NCBI GenBank assembly: GCA_951406725.2
Contig: OX597832.1
Coordinates: forward strand, 66,960,001-67,024,000
Source: Octopus vulgaris
Lineage: Eukaryota
DNA: 64,000 nt
Direction: 5' to 3'
In this document: positions 11,085 to 24,832 of the stretch, one piece after another
Position numbering within the stretch: the first letter of the stretch is position 1
How the letters are laid out: every line of letters starts with the position of its first letter
The notes under the pieces: model-generated
What the model was told of the DNA's origin: nothing
What the model saw: the letters and a program-made list of their open reading frames with translations, nothing else
The model's database searches: none
Made by a program: the position numbers and the translations under genes

Positions 11085-13691
11085 CATACACATACATATC
11101 TACAGACAGATATATACATACATATATGCATACATACATACGTAAATACATATGTAAATTTCTTCGAGAGTAAGGAATGTTTGAATACTAAAGTTACCAT
11201 TGTCTATGTTGCCGTTGTTGGCGATGTTCTTGGCGATGTTCTTGTCGCTGTTGTCACGGTCATGTCTTGCTGGCAGCATTGACCGTCCTCGACAAGTATG
11301 TTGTACTCGTTACTGTTCAGCTTCATACGAGTTCTGATCAAACTACACTATGATCAAGTATGTTACAGCTAGGAGAATTTCCTCTGTTGTTGCAACGTTA
11401 TCTAGAAGTACGTTATGCAACGTGTCATTCATCATTTCCGGCTCCGACATAATGATATGGTTGATATTTAATGATCATTTTGAGTTTCTCAACTACCCCT
11501 TCCTCCCATGGCACCGCCTTTGAGTGGTGACCTAAGTGCATTTTATTCTTTTCGTAAGCCATCTTCGTGAGTTACAAATAGAAAGGTTGGTATACAAGGT
11601 GCTGTATTATAATGCTGATAGATAATACGCTTATACTATAAATGGTAAGTCAAGTTGAAACCAGTGGCTTTGTTTTGTATGCGTTTAATTTATACATATA
11701 TTTTGGCTCATCTGTGCATTTTTAGTTCAGTTTTAAAGAGAGCTTCCAAAAATATTTTAATACTTATCTGTTGTTTCAGATTGAAGACGGCTTTTCTGAA
11801 TTATTTTCTGATCAAGATTTACAATTCCCTGACTAATAAGCAGACAAACTTCTATGTTTTCTTTAGGATATTCTTTCATCAAAGATTTTGGCTGTGTAAG
11901 TTACACATCATTAATGAGTTCAGATATAACTCGACAGAAGCCTGAAGATTTCTAACCTACTTCACAAGAAATGCAAACAATTTTAGACAGATTAGTAATT
12001 ACGAATTTTGTTATACATTTTTATTTATAGAGTATTAATTTCTAATTTAATCTTTAGAAATTTGCTCACTGAATATGGGGAAAACAATTTAATTACTGCT
12101 TTTAGTAATTTTTAAACGATAATTTTAAAGCACTTTTGATGTTGCATGGTGTTTAATTACTATAACTATCTAATCTCCAGTGTATTTCAAAATTCCTTTC
12201 AGCATGATTTGGATTAATTTATTGTAATGTAATAAATACACAGATAGAGTTATCGAAACTTTCAAATCTCTCCTGGTGAACTGGAGAAAATTATAAACCG
12301 TATATCATAGCATGGACTTCAGTCTTCACACAAATGCATACGGCTTCAAATTTCTCACTCTTTTCTTCGATAATGTAAATCATCAAGCGCAAGTATATTT
12401 CACTTCACTAATGTGTGTATCGCCTTCCTCTTATATAAGGTACGAACATTAATATATCGCTAACCTTTCATTGCTTCCCGCCTCGATGAATTCTGTATCA
12501 TCATGTACTGTTGGCGATTTGATCGACTGCACCTTCTCCACAAAATGTGTGGCTGTGCGCCAAGCATTACTAAAATTATCGGAGACCGAACAGTAGGTTA
12601 GCAGAATACGTTTATTTCCTCATTTTATTCTTTACCGAATTTACGTTATTGTACATAATTCTGGAACCAAATATTGCCAGGTTGACGCTGGCTTTTCTCC
12701 AGTACAAGTCTTCATTTCTTACGTATGTTACTATTTCTGCAGCTGTTGATGCAGTTATTGCTTCTTATTCTTCTGTTTGTTGTTGTTGCTACAGTTGTTG
12801 TTGGTGATGGTATTGTTTTGCTGTTGCTGTTGTTGTTCTTGTTCTTGTTTAGCTCTAGTCAGCCCTAATCGTGTAACCATATGATCAAAGGTATTTCAAT
12901 CTTCAAATGCCGCATGTTATTCACACTTGAATACAGGACTATATTATCCAATGCTTCTACTCTTTATTTAAAATAGTAAAATGTAATTTGAGGAAGATTT
13001 CGTTGCAGGTTGAATGATATTTGAGAGACTCACATATTGATGTTTTAATGTATTTCTATAGACTCAATGAAATTGCTCACTCTTACAATATTCGGTATAC
13101 TTCTTAGTTAAAACTTGAAATCCCATGTTGTTATGACTTGGGTGTTGGATTCATTCGTAAAAACATATATCTCGTGTTCTATTATCAGTTTCAGTTTTAG
13201 ATGCTTCCCTTCACTATGGCATTTCATTTTACGTTACTTTGGTCAATCGGGTTAAAATGACAATGGGGGTGAAGACTAAATTTGTGACGGACTTCCGTTC
13301 TGTAGATGGTATAGTTTTATACTACCGGAGCTGGTAGTGCTCCGGTCGAATATGGATGTACGCCACCATAAACATTCAGACAAAAAAAAAACATTAACAT
13401 TTTTATTTCACTGCGAATAAAAATTTCTGTGGGAGAATAACCAAGATCATGTATTTCACTTTCCATGTTCTGGAATTAAATCTTCCTTGGCTTACGAGGT
13501 TTGGAATTTAGCTATATGAATGCCCGCCACATCTGATAACGGCGGTGACCTGAAAATGTCTAATAATCAATTGAAACTCAGTTATATTCTCAACAATAAT
13601 TTTCTTCTTATTGAGGACATAATTTGGAATTAATAAAATTTATTTTTACACTCCATCAACATGTGTATGGTGCTTTGCATTGAATTATATG

Positions 13692-14000
13692 CAGTGGTGG
13701 AGTGGCCAGGTTGCAAACTTGCCCGATGGCATGTAGGCAAATGTGTCATTAGAATCCATGTATGGGGGCCAATCCCCTCATGTTTGAGAATGTTTTATTA
13801 ACTCCTGGAAGAATGTATCAATTATTTCAGACAGTTGAAAAGAATACTCTTAGCAAAAAATATATTATAATAAAATGATAAATGATAGCATTGTATTTGT
13901 GGGTGGGCCCCCTTGTAGTTGACGGTGGGCCCCCTTGTAGTCGCGGATGGGACCCTTTATTCTCCTGGCGACCAATATTTTTAGACCTAGTCCACCACTT
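13692..14000. mobile_element. hAT-like MITE (~309 bp)
   Basis: Termini cagtggtggagtgg / ctagtccaccactt are imperfectly inverted. Flanking 8-mers attatatg / attacctg (6/8) fit an eroded 8-bp target duplication. Confidence 0.55.
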
Positions 14001-14800
14001 ATTACCTGTCCTCTATGCGAAGTGCACATATGATGTACATACTTGCCAAAAACGTGACAAATATTGTCACCTAATGCAAATAGTGAATTAATCAATCCAT
14101 TAACATCTAATGAGTAAATGTTAATAAATATTGACTCCTCTCTTTTGTTTTATATTTTTAATTACTATGTAAAACCTGAAAACTACCTCTGCAAGTATTT
14201 TTGGTGTTATGATTAATTTCATGTCAGATTTTAAATAAAATTTATTTCAACATTAAACTACCTCGCGAAAATATAGTGGTAATGAACTTTTGACATTTAC
14301 TAGTCTAAATCACTTCTATGAAACCAAAATTAGATTTTAACTTAAATTTTCATTGTGAAATATTTCGATGTGTTTTTAACATCTTCATTTCCCTATAAAT
14401 CTTTTTCTCATTCATGTGAATACATTTACCATTGTGTGCCTGAATTTCTGCTCGCATGATCTCATACTGTCGGAGAAAGATTACTTTGATGAACATCATA
14501 ATTTATACTAATACACTTATGATTTTCTCTCCGACCAAAGATAAAAATCTCAATGGGAGAAATAAAAACCCAAAACGCTGTTAATATATTCCTATTGATA
14601 TCTCGTACAGTGTTCGCTACAGAAATCTTTTATAATGTAGTACAAATTTATGTATATTGCACATTCTAACGTTATGTTTATAAATATATACCTATACATA
14701 CATATATATATATGTGTGTATATGTATATATATAAATACATATATATGTGTGTGCATATCTATATACGTATACAAAAATATATTTATATATATGTATACT

Positions 14801-14831
<31 letters not shown>

Positions 14832-15075
14832 AGATTGATAGATAGATAGATATGTATACTTATATAATATATATGTGTGTGTGTGTGTGTGTACCTATGT
14901 GTGTGTGTTCCTATGTAGGAATATGTATAAATATATATGCATATATCGATATCAATAACCTATATAACAATTTATCTATATCTCTATCTTTATGTGGATA
15001 TATATATATATATATATACGTACATATACACCAAGAACTATATACGCATGTGTATACATTTGTACATAAACGTGC

Positions 15076-15123
<48 letters not shown>

Positions 15124-16996
15124 GTGTGTTTCCTAACAGTGTGAATTGCAATTAAGTGAAAGTACAAAATGCAGTTATATATGATTGAATTACCTTGCAA
15201 TTGAATAGAGTATGAGCATATGTGTGTGAGCGTGTGCAAGTAAATTCATACGTGTATGCTTTACTTTCAAATGAAGGGAAGTTACATCAGCCTTTGTACT
15301 TCAGACCATACACCCCCATACATATATATTTAGAGAGAGAGAGAAAAAGTGAGTAAGAGAGGAAGATAATGAAAAGAGGGAGAGGGGGAGACAAGAAGAA
15401 GGACAGAGGGAGAGAGAGAGAGAGAAAGAGAGAGTTATAGACACAGAAACTCACGCAAATAGACATTCATAAGTTAGCAAGTGTGATTACATACGATGAT
15501 AGAAGAGAATTACTTACGCACAGACAATTGCATAGACATACATACTTACAGACGTACGTACCTACATGTACTTATGTGTGTGTGTGTGTGTGTATGTGTA
15601 TGCTTATATACATATATACATGCATAAATACATATGTGTATTTGTATGTATATCCGCGTCAGTGCTTGTGTCTGACTTTGTTTGTGTATGCGTATGTCTA
15701 TACGAGGATGTGATTTGTGTGCCTATACTGTAAATGTTTTTCAATTCACCTTCTTTTGCAATAGTTTTCAAAAGGAAACATCCCTTCCAGTTATTTTCGT
15801 CTAAAAATTTATTCACATTTTCTTTGTTTTTTTTGTTTGTTTGTTTGCATTTATTCCAATTGATTTCTTTTATTATCTTTTCCTACTCATTTCTCTCATT
15901 TTATATAAATCTTCTCTTTTAAGTTTTCTACTTTCGTTCTGCTTCTGTTCGTTTGTTCAGAAATTATTTTCTTGTATATTTTTTGTTTAATTGTTTTTCA
16001 TGAGGTTCGTTTTTGTTTAGTGTACTAACAATCAGTCGGTGAAAATAATTGTACTTCCTGAGTCAATGGGGAAATGGCCTGAAACAAACAGAAATATATT
16101 TTATCTCACACAATCTTTCGTTGAATATTAGCGACATTGCGATATTTTATATTTATGATTGAAAATTAATAGTCATATCAAGATAAGATATATCTGTTGG
16201 AAGATATGTTTTGCTTAATCTCAATACAACCGGCACGCACACACGCACACACACACACACAGACACATACGCGCGCACCTGCGAACAAACACATGCACAC
16301 ACACTTACACACACTTACACGGACACACAGGTGCACACTCACATACACAAACTAACTCACAGACGCACACACACATGCACACACACGCGCGCACACACGC
16401 ACACACACGCACACACGCAAACACGCGTGCAGACACATACATATATAGAAATATACATAGACATTCATATATATGAATTGACTATCCATGTAGATATTGT
16501 GTATATATGTGTATATGTTGATATATATTGTGTTAATATATCCGCCGTTTCCATATTTATATATGCATATGTCTGTATATATATCTGCGTCTGTGCGTGT
16601 GTGTGCGTGTGTCGGGCGTGCAGGTATGTATACAAACGTATGTATATGCGTATGTGTGCGTGTGTGGATGTGTGTATGTACGCTTATATAACTGTATCAA
16701 GCAAACTACGAATGTTGTTATACACCGCTGCTCTACATGCGCTTCCTTGAATCGCTGTAACTTTCGAAGGAGTCCATCCCTCAACCTAGGCGAGCAGAGC
16801 AACATCTACAGTCGTGAACCAGACTACAAACCATATCTAGAAAAGATTATGTTTATAAATAAAATTAAGGACATGCAATACAAGATGATAAGCATATATG
16901 TGCATGCGCATGGGTTCGCACGTGCATGTATATGTGTGCGCGTGTGTACGCACTTGCAGTTTTGCTTGAGGCCATCAGTTGATAGTCACTCTTATA

Positions 16997-17202
16997 TTAG
17001 GTCGTCAAGTATGAAATTTGTAGAAAAGTATAGGTAAACTTTGAGAAGGATAAGTCGGAAATTCGTACAGTTTTAAAACACGAGTTTTTTCTTGAAAATA
17101 CAGCATCACAGACAGCTCGGAATGTTAATGGAGTATCTCATTCTAATGATATTACACAACAGACAGTATAAATTTTGTTCTGGTAACGTTGAACTCATAA
17201 AT
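16997..17202 (+). mobile_element. Mariner 5' fragment (TIR plus N-terminal transposase), inverted relative to the adjacent copy
   Basis: ta-ttaggtcgtcaagtatgaaatttg TIR, followed by DKSEIRTVLKHEFFLENTASQTARNVNGV. Confidence 0.75.
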
Positions 17203-18062
17203 AAGTACGAAATTTGTAGAAAAGAAAAATAAGTTTGCTAAAGTTTTATTAACACAATGAATAGTTTTATTCATCAAATTAAGCGCCCATATTATCAATA
17301 CACTTTTGCCATTTCAGTGGTAGCTTGTCCAGCCCTGAACTGTAAAAACCTGGAGATCTAAAGTCAATAAAATAGTCGAAGGTCTGTTTTTCAGCATCAT
17401 CGGAATTTTTTTTATTTTCCGATCGAAAAATTATCCAGATTCTAAAAGAAGTGGTAATTAGTGGAGGCAAGGCCAGGTGAGCATGGTGTATGATGGAGAA
17501 CTTCCAATTTCAACTACTCTAGCATAATGCGGGGTTCCACTAGGTGCAGTTTCTGATTTTCATTGAGTTCATGTGGAACCCACTTATCCAACTTTATCAT
17601 TTTACCGATTTGAACTAGGTGAGTTAATATTGTTTGCTTGCTAATACCAAACAACAACATTAATTCATGGGCACTTTAACATGGATCCGACTCGACGGTG
17701 GCTTTCAGTTCGTCATTATCTACCACTGTTTCTTGTCGCTCATGTTGAACATTGGTGAGGTAAAAATTACAAGAACTAAATTTTACAAACCAATTTTATA
17801 CTGTCTGTTCTGAGATAACATTAGAATGAAATACTCCATTAATATTCCGAGCGGTCTGCGATCCAAGAAAGAACACATGTTTCAAAACTGTACGAATTTC
17901 CGACTTATCTATCGCTAAACATAAATAGCTAAATAATTCATAAAGAGCAAGATGAGTTAGAATAAAGAAATAAAGATTGTCAAAATATAATAATGGCGCA
18001 AAATGAGCAGTAGTAAAATTTTACCATATACCTTACTGCAAATTTCATACTAGCGGTACAAT
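17203..18062 (-). mobile_element. Internally deleted mariner transposon (pseudogene)
   Basis: N-terminal DKSEIRTVLKH..TARNINGVF..NWFVKF..VDNDELKATVESDP and C-terminal FYSSGLDKLPLKWQKCIDNMGA. TIR-like agta(t/c)gaaatttg at both ends. Confidence 0.85.
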
Positions 18063-20399
18063 GAATATTTGTAAGACATTACAAAAATTCTCCACCCGAG
18101 ATTCTTTAGTCGTATAAATGCACTCATTAGGGTGCATGCAACGACAGTTCAGCCAACACATTAACTTAACCACATATTTACAAAGGGGAAGAACTATCTT
18201 AACTCAAAAACAGTTATGCCCCTTTGTTAGTCACCGGCATGAACTGTCTTAAGAAATTTAATGAATCTCAAAGAAATAGCTTAAGTACATACATACCTGC
18301 ATATATATATACACATATGTGCGTAAATTCTAGTATAGATCGGAAAGACAAAAAATAGATGGTTACGTAGCACGGTTTTTACTTGCATCCGTTAAACTTA
18401 TGTGGTTCAACCAGTGTCAGTCAACAAAAGAAAAAATACTAATCGTTAGCATAAATGGGATTAAGGTGAAACGAACGTAATTGTGTGTCGTTGTGATTTA
18501 TTGGTTCCATTATTAGTCGATTTGTAGTTTGTGTTTTATTAAATGTTTAAAGTTTATTTGGAAATGGTAAAGACATCCTAGAGAATCTGAGAGAATGTGG
18601 TTAGATATAATATGATAATCTATCATGGCTAAATCATTTTGTATATTTACCATTTGCGCCTAAAAATAGTGTAGATTTTGACTAAAGAAACAAATGGTTA
18701 ACTGGAGGGAACTGTTAAAGTTTTCTGTGAAAATGACGGATAAGATGTGAAGTGAAAAGAACGATAAAAAATGTAAAAGAGCGGGATGTGCTTGCACATG
18801 GAATCTGTTTAATGATACAATGTAAAACAGACGGTACGAAAGACTGTTGGAGATAATTGCAGGCTTGGCTGGATTGCCTTTGCATTCGATCGATATTGCA
18901 ACATATTAAATGCGTTAATAAGGTTAATGTATCTAACAGACGAATGTTTAACACTGACTAGATTTGAAGAGAAAAATATTAAAACTACCTTATATATTAT
19001 CAGAGCAAACATTGTGTGCTAGACCATTAACTGTGATTATGAATACATGAAACTGAAGACGTAATATGCTAAATTATACAAAATAAATAAAACTAATTAT
19101 ACAAACTATATTTTTTCCTTCATTTAAAAAGATTTTCTTTGAAAAAATAGAGCAATGATTAAATCTGTATGGAACTGGTAAATTTTTGGAGCAGACAAAA
19201 AGCAAACAAAATTCTTTGGATTGAAACATGCAAAGTCATGGCGCCATTTGTGTTAATTTGATTTTAAAGAAGAGGTAATTCAGTTACTAGCCCGTTATGT
19301 AAACTATGGCGAGTTGATAAATGAAACTAATAAATTCAATATGAGAATAACTATATTCATAAAATGAAAAATTGTTGCCGATATGGTGGAAGGATAGACG
19401 AGTTAAAACTATTTAAAGATCAACAAATAACTTACACACTAAATCTTCTCAGTCAAGCAAAAGTTTTCATTTTTATATTAGTGTACATTTATAACTAAAA
19501 AGTGTGCATTCCTTTCAATATGTAAGTAGAAAAGTTATAAGCGAATACGTCAGTGATAAAAGAGTGTTTGGGAAGTTAGTGTTGCATCTAGCAATTGCCA
19601 ACGATCGGAAGATAAATAGATCTTTGACTGTTAACAATGAGTTCAATATGATTTATATAATATTTGAATGGGTACATGTAAGGGCAATTGTTAATCATAT
19701 TTAGATAATTCACCAAGATTGTTTTAATGAAACGAAACTTCAAACTACGTTCACATCCCAGAAAGTAAGGATATGACAAAGAGATCAAAATGTTAAGAAT
19801 GGAACAAAAACACCCCATAATGTAATTTATTTTAATTGTCAGTGGTTGAGGAAATACTTGGTTCCATTAGTACATTTTCTAGGACACATTTTGTTTATGT
19901 GACAACTTAATGTCAATCAAATTCAGTTACAGGCAAATATATACTTTCCAAATATAACAATCGTATAAGATATAAAACTGTACTTTCGATGTTTTAGAAA
20001 ATTCTTTAATCGGTTTGACACGTGAAAGTCCATGGGCTCTCATTTACGCAGCATTCAGGTAATGATTAAAAAATATAGAACGTAAATCGATATAATATCG
20101 TCTATTCCTCTGCTCCAGTTAAACGTGTAACTGAAAATTATATCTACTTACATATTGAAAGGAATGCACACTATGGTTAAGAGCTTATATGATGACAACG
20201 AGAATTCGGGTTTACTGTTCGACAGACATGCAAGTTCACACACATGTAAAGATAGATAAATAGATATATAAATAGATAGGTAAAGGGATGGATTGATAGT
20301 TACATATCCATGGATGGATTGATAGGTATATACATAGACAGATAGATGGAGAGATAGATAAATAGGTAGTGTCCAGAAAAACGTGAAAAAATTCTTTAG

Positions 20400-20682
20400 T
20401 TGAAGGACTAATTATATCGGTCTCTTTTGACGAACCACTAAGTTTCGTGTACGTAAACACACCAGCATTGGTTGTCAAGCGATGGCAGATTGACAAATAT
20501 ACACACACACACATACATGAATATATGCATATATATAAACACGACAGGCTTCTTTCAGTTTCTGTCTACCAAATCCACTCACAAGGCTTTGGTCGGCCCG
20601 AGGCTATAGTAGAAGACATTCTTCCAAGTTGCCACACAGTGGGACTGAATCCGTAACTATATGCCTGGGGAGCAAGCTTCTT
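20400..20682 (-). mobile_element. tRNA-derived SINE, 3' portion; its first ~40 nt are displaced to 24833-24873
   Basis: Homologous to 8894-9308. It stops at aagaagcttgct within the head. Confidence 0.85.
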
Positions 20683-22775
20683 TATTCCATCAAATTAGCC
20701 ATAAAAGCTTTACATAGATGGATGCAAATACGGGCTGGACAACAACACAAATGAAATGAATGACGAGCAAAATAATGATATTGATGAGGGAAGCAGACGA
20801 CGCCCGCAGATCGATGCTTCCCGAAAATATTGTTGTTTTTTTTTCTATTTTAGAAAAACAATTTGAGGTTATATGTGTTCAATGGAACACAAGGCACTAT
20901 CAAATGAGGCACTAAGTCTCTTATCTATTTTAAAACTCGAGACATTAAAGCCCCTTAACTCCATACCCCAATAGGCGCACTGCCTCATTCAAGCACCTGG
21001 ACGGTATCAAGTTGGGACACTTTAGCATAAAGTTAAATATATCCTCGGGGAAGGATTTCAATATCCTGTACAACTTGGTTTCCCTTATGACCACTGCAGC
21101 AACCTGCGGAGGCCAATCAGAGTCCTCATTGCAGGCCTCTTTTGTCACCTTCTTTACGCCCCACCCTTGTGGAAGAGGATTACAAATTACTCGTCTATCA
21201 CAAAGGAAGGGGCCACAGTTTCTTCAGTCGACGGCACAATTACCACCGACGGTGTTTCGGGATATGCCAAATATGTGTTAGTAATCGCCGGTAATGCCGC
21301 GTTTTACTTCTCTTGTATTTTATTTTGCCACGAGAGTGTGGAGTTCTTCCGTTTTGTCCGGAACATTTTCTTTCCCTCTCGCAGCCGTAGTATTCCTCGG
21401 TGAGCAATCATTGCCACCCACCTTCTTCCTCTTTCGGCTCTTTTCCGTCGAGGAGGTCTCTACCTTCTCGACCATCTCCCGCTCTCCCTCCGAATGAGTA
21501 GGGGGCTCTTCCTCAACTAGCAGCTCCAGAACCCTTCTCTATCTACTCGGGTTTCATTCCAAGTGACAACCCGCATAAAATTATAACAGCTGAGATACAT
21601 GACTTCTGTTTAGAATATAATCAAAATACAATTTTACATTATATACATTTTTTTCCTGTCTGTCAGAAAGAGATAAAGCACATTTTTACATCTCTATTTG
21701 CCAAGCATTTGTTTCAAATTAAAACAGTAATAGTTCTTGAAGCAATAACAGCAGGCAGTCGTTGCCATGCTAGATAAAGCAATTTAGCAAATCTCTCATT
21801 TTATCCGAAACAACTGATCGTGTTCTTCAATTTGACGAGTATTTCTATTAGAATTAAATAATAGAAGTACACATTTGATTAGGTATAGCCAACACTTTAT
21901 GGAAGCTCTGTTATGCACTAACAAGCAGGATCTCCTGAGGGGTGTCAAGTAGCAACCACACCGTTGCATACTTAGCACCCCTGGAAATAAATTTTATAGT
22001 TGGCAGATACTCAGCCAGAAAACGGCAATGGTGTCGGGCGTCTTTGAATAAGTCCTAAGCACCACCGTCCTCTCTTCTAAGTCTTTCACCCACTCATTTG
22101 GTGGGACAATCTCCAACTCCAACCCAGTGTTCGTTTTTCCTGCCATGTTTTGGAAGAAGAGTTCACACAAAAAAAGTTCAAATAGTTCAAAAAATAAAAC
22201 ACAAAAAAGGGAAAGAAGGAAGAAGGAAGAAGGAAAGAAAGCAGTCCAAAACACAGCAACTTCAACCTTCCGAATAACTGGTACTTCCGGCCAACTAGTA
22301 TAGCAACAGGAAAACAGCAACGGGAACAAAGCTTCACAAATTTCCCCAAGAAATTGATACAAAAATTGGTAAAAAAAATTTCACAATATTTGGAGGTGGA
22401 ATATACCCGCAAAATACTGCATACAATCTTCCGGCCACAGGTACTCCAGGCCAACCAAATAGTAGCAGGAACACAGCAACAGGAACACAAAACCAAAGTT
22501 CACATTTTCGTAGGTGGAATACCCCCTAAAAAACAACTTAGTTCTCACCGCTAAGTGAGATACTTATGCCCAAATGCAGGCAGATAAATGCGCGGAATTC
22601 AGTGGCGATTTCTTGCTTGAAAAGAAAAAATATACACTAAACAGCAAACTCCCACTGAATCCAAAAAAACAAAAGTCTTACCTTGCAGTTCGGCTTCACT
22701 TAGTTCGCCAGGCTGCAAACCAGGGTCACCACTTCTTTCAGTGCAAAGAAAAACACCTACAACAACGCATGCGCA
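20683..22775 (-). mobile_element. ORF1-only (HAL1-like) L1/Tx1 retroelement, copy 1, with its centre replaced
   Basis: ORF1 N-terminus MAGKTNTGLELEI...RTVVLRTYSK (ATG at 22146) and C-terminus EDSDWPPQVAAVV..LYRILKSFPED are both homologous to copy 2. 5' and 3' UTRs are also homologous to copy 2. Confidence 0.7.
21572..21856 (+). repeat. ~285-bp direct duplicate of 24966-25249
   Basis: cgcataaa.ttataacagctgagatacat...gacgagtatttctattagaatta is present at both sites. Confidence 0.9.
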
Positions 22776-22789
22776 GAAGCAAGCTTCTT

Positions 22790-24832
22790 TATTTCATTTA
22801 ATTTGCCACAAGGGCAGCACACAGGGAGAAGCTTGCGGGCTGGACACAGACATTAATGGGATGAATGATAATGATGCAAGGATGAGAAGGATGAGAGAAG
22901 ACGAAAAGCGCCCGCCGACTTTCGCTTCTCTAAAACATTGTTCTTTTTCTCCTTTTTTTCTTTTCTTTTATAAAAAACACAATGAGGCGATAAACCTCTC
23001 ACATAGTTCAGAATTCTTTTTTTCTTTTTCTTTTTGAAGCAAATGAGGCTATAAACCTCGTACATAGTTCAACTATTGGAAAAAAATCACACAAACGAGG
23101 CAAAATGCCTCTCATTTTTTTTACATTTTGTAGACTCTTTTTGAGTCCAAACGTCCAATGCTTCAAGTTTTCCGTCTCACCGGGCTCCTTGCTTCATCGA
23201 AGTATCTATTCGGTTCCTAGCCGGACCACTTGGCCATATATCTATAGGAGTCCGCTGGGAAGGAATTCATTATCCTGCACAGATCGTTATCCCATAAGAC
23301 CTCCGCAGCCACCTGCGAAGGCCACTCAAGGTCCTCCGAGCAGGACAGAAGCCCCTCCCACCGGCCCTTCCTTTCAAGTTTTTTTATTTCATTCTGCAAA
23401 GTCCCTCCCTTGTGGAAGAGGACCACAAATTCCTCCTCCTGTGGCACACCCACCGAAGGAGAATCGGGACACGCCGGCAACGTGTCACAACCCGCCGGCA
23501 ATGTCCCGTTTTTCTTTTTTATTTTCTTTTTCCCTTGGGCCGCGGGAGGGTGGTGATCCTTTGCTGTGTCCAGGAAGTCCTCCTTTTGTCCCGCAGCCCT
23601 CGGGTCCGTCGGTGGGCAACCATTGTTGCACACCTATCGCTTTCGTTTTTTTCGAGGAGGTGGAAACCTCCTCGTCGTCCTCCTCCTTCTCTTCCTACAT
23701 TGAGGGAGCAGGGAGTGATTCCTCTATTAACTGCTCCAGGATCCTATTTTGGTCCTTGGGGCAATTTTTCTTGATGTGGCCGATCTCCAGGCACAAGTGA
23801 CAGTTGGGCGGGGGCGTCCCTCGAGCATCACCGGATACCTAGACCCGGCCATCCTCAAAAAATCTGGGAAAACCAGACTTTCGGCTGATTGGGTCCATAG
23901 TGTCAAAACAGCATTTGACCCCTCCCAATCAACCGCAGCCAAAATTTTCACATTGAGCATCTTGGTACTGCTACCACCCAGACCTCGGTGGATAGAGTCC
24001 TTTATCCACTCGGGCTCAATTCCGGGTGGCAAACCGCAGACCCAAGCCCTCATTAACTTATTCCCACAATAACTGGGAACAAACATAATTTCCTTGCCCT
24101 CCAGGGGCCGGCTTGCAAATTCGGAAGCTTTTTTGGGGGGGAGTCAAATAGCAACCAGACTGTTGCATATTTGACTCCCCGTGAAATAAATTGAATGGTT
24201 GGCATGTACTCTGCCAGCTCCTTCAGAATTGTGGCTTTCGGGAAGACGGTTAAGGTATCTAGCGACTTTGAATAAGTCCTCAACACCACCGTCTTCCTTT
24301 CGAGCTCTTTTAGCCATGTTTAATAATTCCACACTCATAATTCCTTTGCCATTTTTTGTTTTAAAAAGTTCAAATACAGTTCACAATACGGTTTCAAATA
24401 AAGAAAGATACACAAAAGTAAAGAAGGAAAGACACAACAGAAGGGAAGAAAAAATAAAAATAACACTTCAATAAAGTTCTTTCTTTTTTTTAATAAATGA
24501 TAGCTGTGAAAAAGAGTTCAAATGCTGGCAAAGAAATTAATTTTCGGCCGAAAGGTACTCCAGGCCAATAATCCACAGAGAATTAAACAATTTCTCACAA
24601 TTATGTGAGAAAACACACATGTCTCCACCGCAAGGCAGACAAAAAGCTTCGAATCCAGTAAGGACTCCTTACTTGTTCAAAAAAATAAAACTTACAGGCA
24701 ACAAATCCTACTGGACTCAAAGATCCAAAAGTCTTACCTTACGGTAGAACGTCTTTCAATTCAACTTTCGTCCGCTGCACACCAGCGTGACGACTTCAAG
24801 GGCACAAAGAAGACAACTGAACAGCCGGAACC
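22790..24832 (-). mobile_element. ORF1-only (HAL1-like) L1/Tx1 retroelement, copy 2, complete but frameshifted
   Basis: ORF1 from ATG 24352 (MAKGIMSVELL..VVLRTYSK..GLPPGIEPEWI..YPVMLEGRP) has a CCHC knuckle CHLCLEIGHIKKNC at 23761-23802. There is no ORF2. The 3' terminus resembles the LINE end at 4276-4309. Confidence 0.8.

Noticed and set aside
16690-16870. Unique-looking open frame NVVIHRCSTCASLNRC...
   Set aside because: No splice signals or domain recognised; the ORF start lies within a microsatellite.
23105-23800. 231-aa plus-strand ORF
   Set aside because: Antisense shadow of the GC-rich minus-strand ORF1; no recognisable domain.
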